From Takakia lepidozioides (taxonomy: Eukaryota > Plantae > Bryophyta): a stretch of 64,000 nt of DNA. Location: contig CM060733.1 of NCBI GenBank assembly GCA_030704615.1, positions 18,786,001-18,850,000 of the forward strand. Direction: 5' to 3'. The position numbers were made by a program, and so were the translations under genes. The notes beneath the pieces are model-generated. The model was not told the DNA's origin. It saw only the letters and a list, made by a program, of their open reading frames with translations, and searched no databases. This document shows positions 63,876 to 64,000 of this stretch, piece by piece. Numbering within the stretch: the stretch's first letter is position 1; each line of letters opens with the position of its first letter.

Positions 63876-63933
63876 CTCATAAGACGTTGTTTGCCGTAGC
63901 CTTTTGGCCATTGACCCCGCGCCCAGTTTGAGC

Positions 63934-63974
<41 letters not shown>
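63662..63974. repeat. Compound polypurine microsatellite (GAGGGA/GGGA/GA)n containing a ~67-bp LINE 3' end at 63871-63937
   Basis: Read directly. The insert TTGTACTCATAAGACGTTG...TTTGAGCGGG has (GA)n on both sides. Confidence 0.9.
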
Positions 63975-63977
<3 letters not shown>

Positions 63978-64000
63978 TTGTGGCCTGCTGGTATGAGGGA

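Noticed and set aside
63468-63931. Low-complexity ORFs (SLSLSL / ERERER)
   Set aside because: Translations of microsatellite DNA.

Overview
Eukaryotic nuclear DNA from a land plant. The PLS-PPR style and intron-rich genes are compatible with a bryophyte or other seed-free plant, but this is inference only. The gene-rich left arm holds SDH2 (exon 1, minus), a 16-exon GBPL3-like guanylate-binding protein (minus), RPN12 (plus, head-to-head with GBPL), and cyclin L1 (plus). Cyclin L1 has a U12-type intron, a probable GC-AG intron and a uORF whose stop overlaps its ATG. The central ~30 kb (24-53 kb) is repeat-rich. It contains a ~1.9 kb foldback, palindrome-bearing tandem repeats, L1 relics, a CACTA end, and RTE/RTEX-like LINE pieces. 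It also contains a ~4.9 kb satellite-like array of 13 near-identical 375-bp PLS-PPR units with higher-order structure, and an L1 split by a 3.5 kb TG...CA solo-LTR-like insert with a 5-bp TSD. The right arm holds an E2F dimerization partner (DP) gene and further pieces of the RTEX-like LINE, whose 3' ends are repeatedly associated with (CT)n/(GA)n microsatellites. Exon coordinates were read by eye from splice signals and protein homology. No rRNA, tRNA or CRISPR array is supported.
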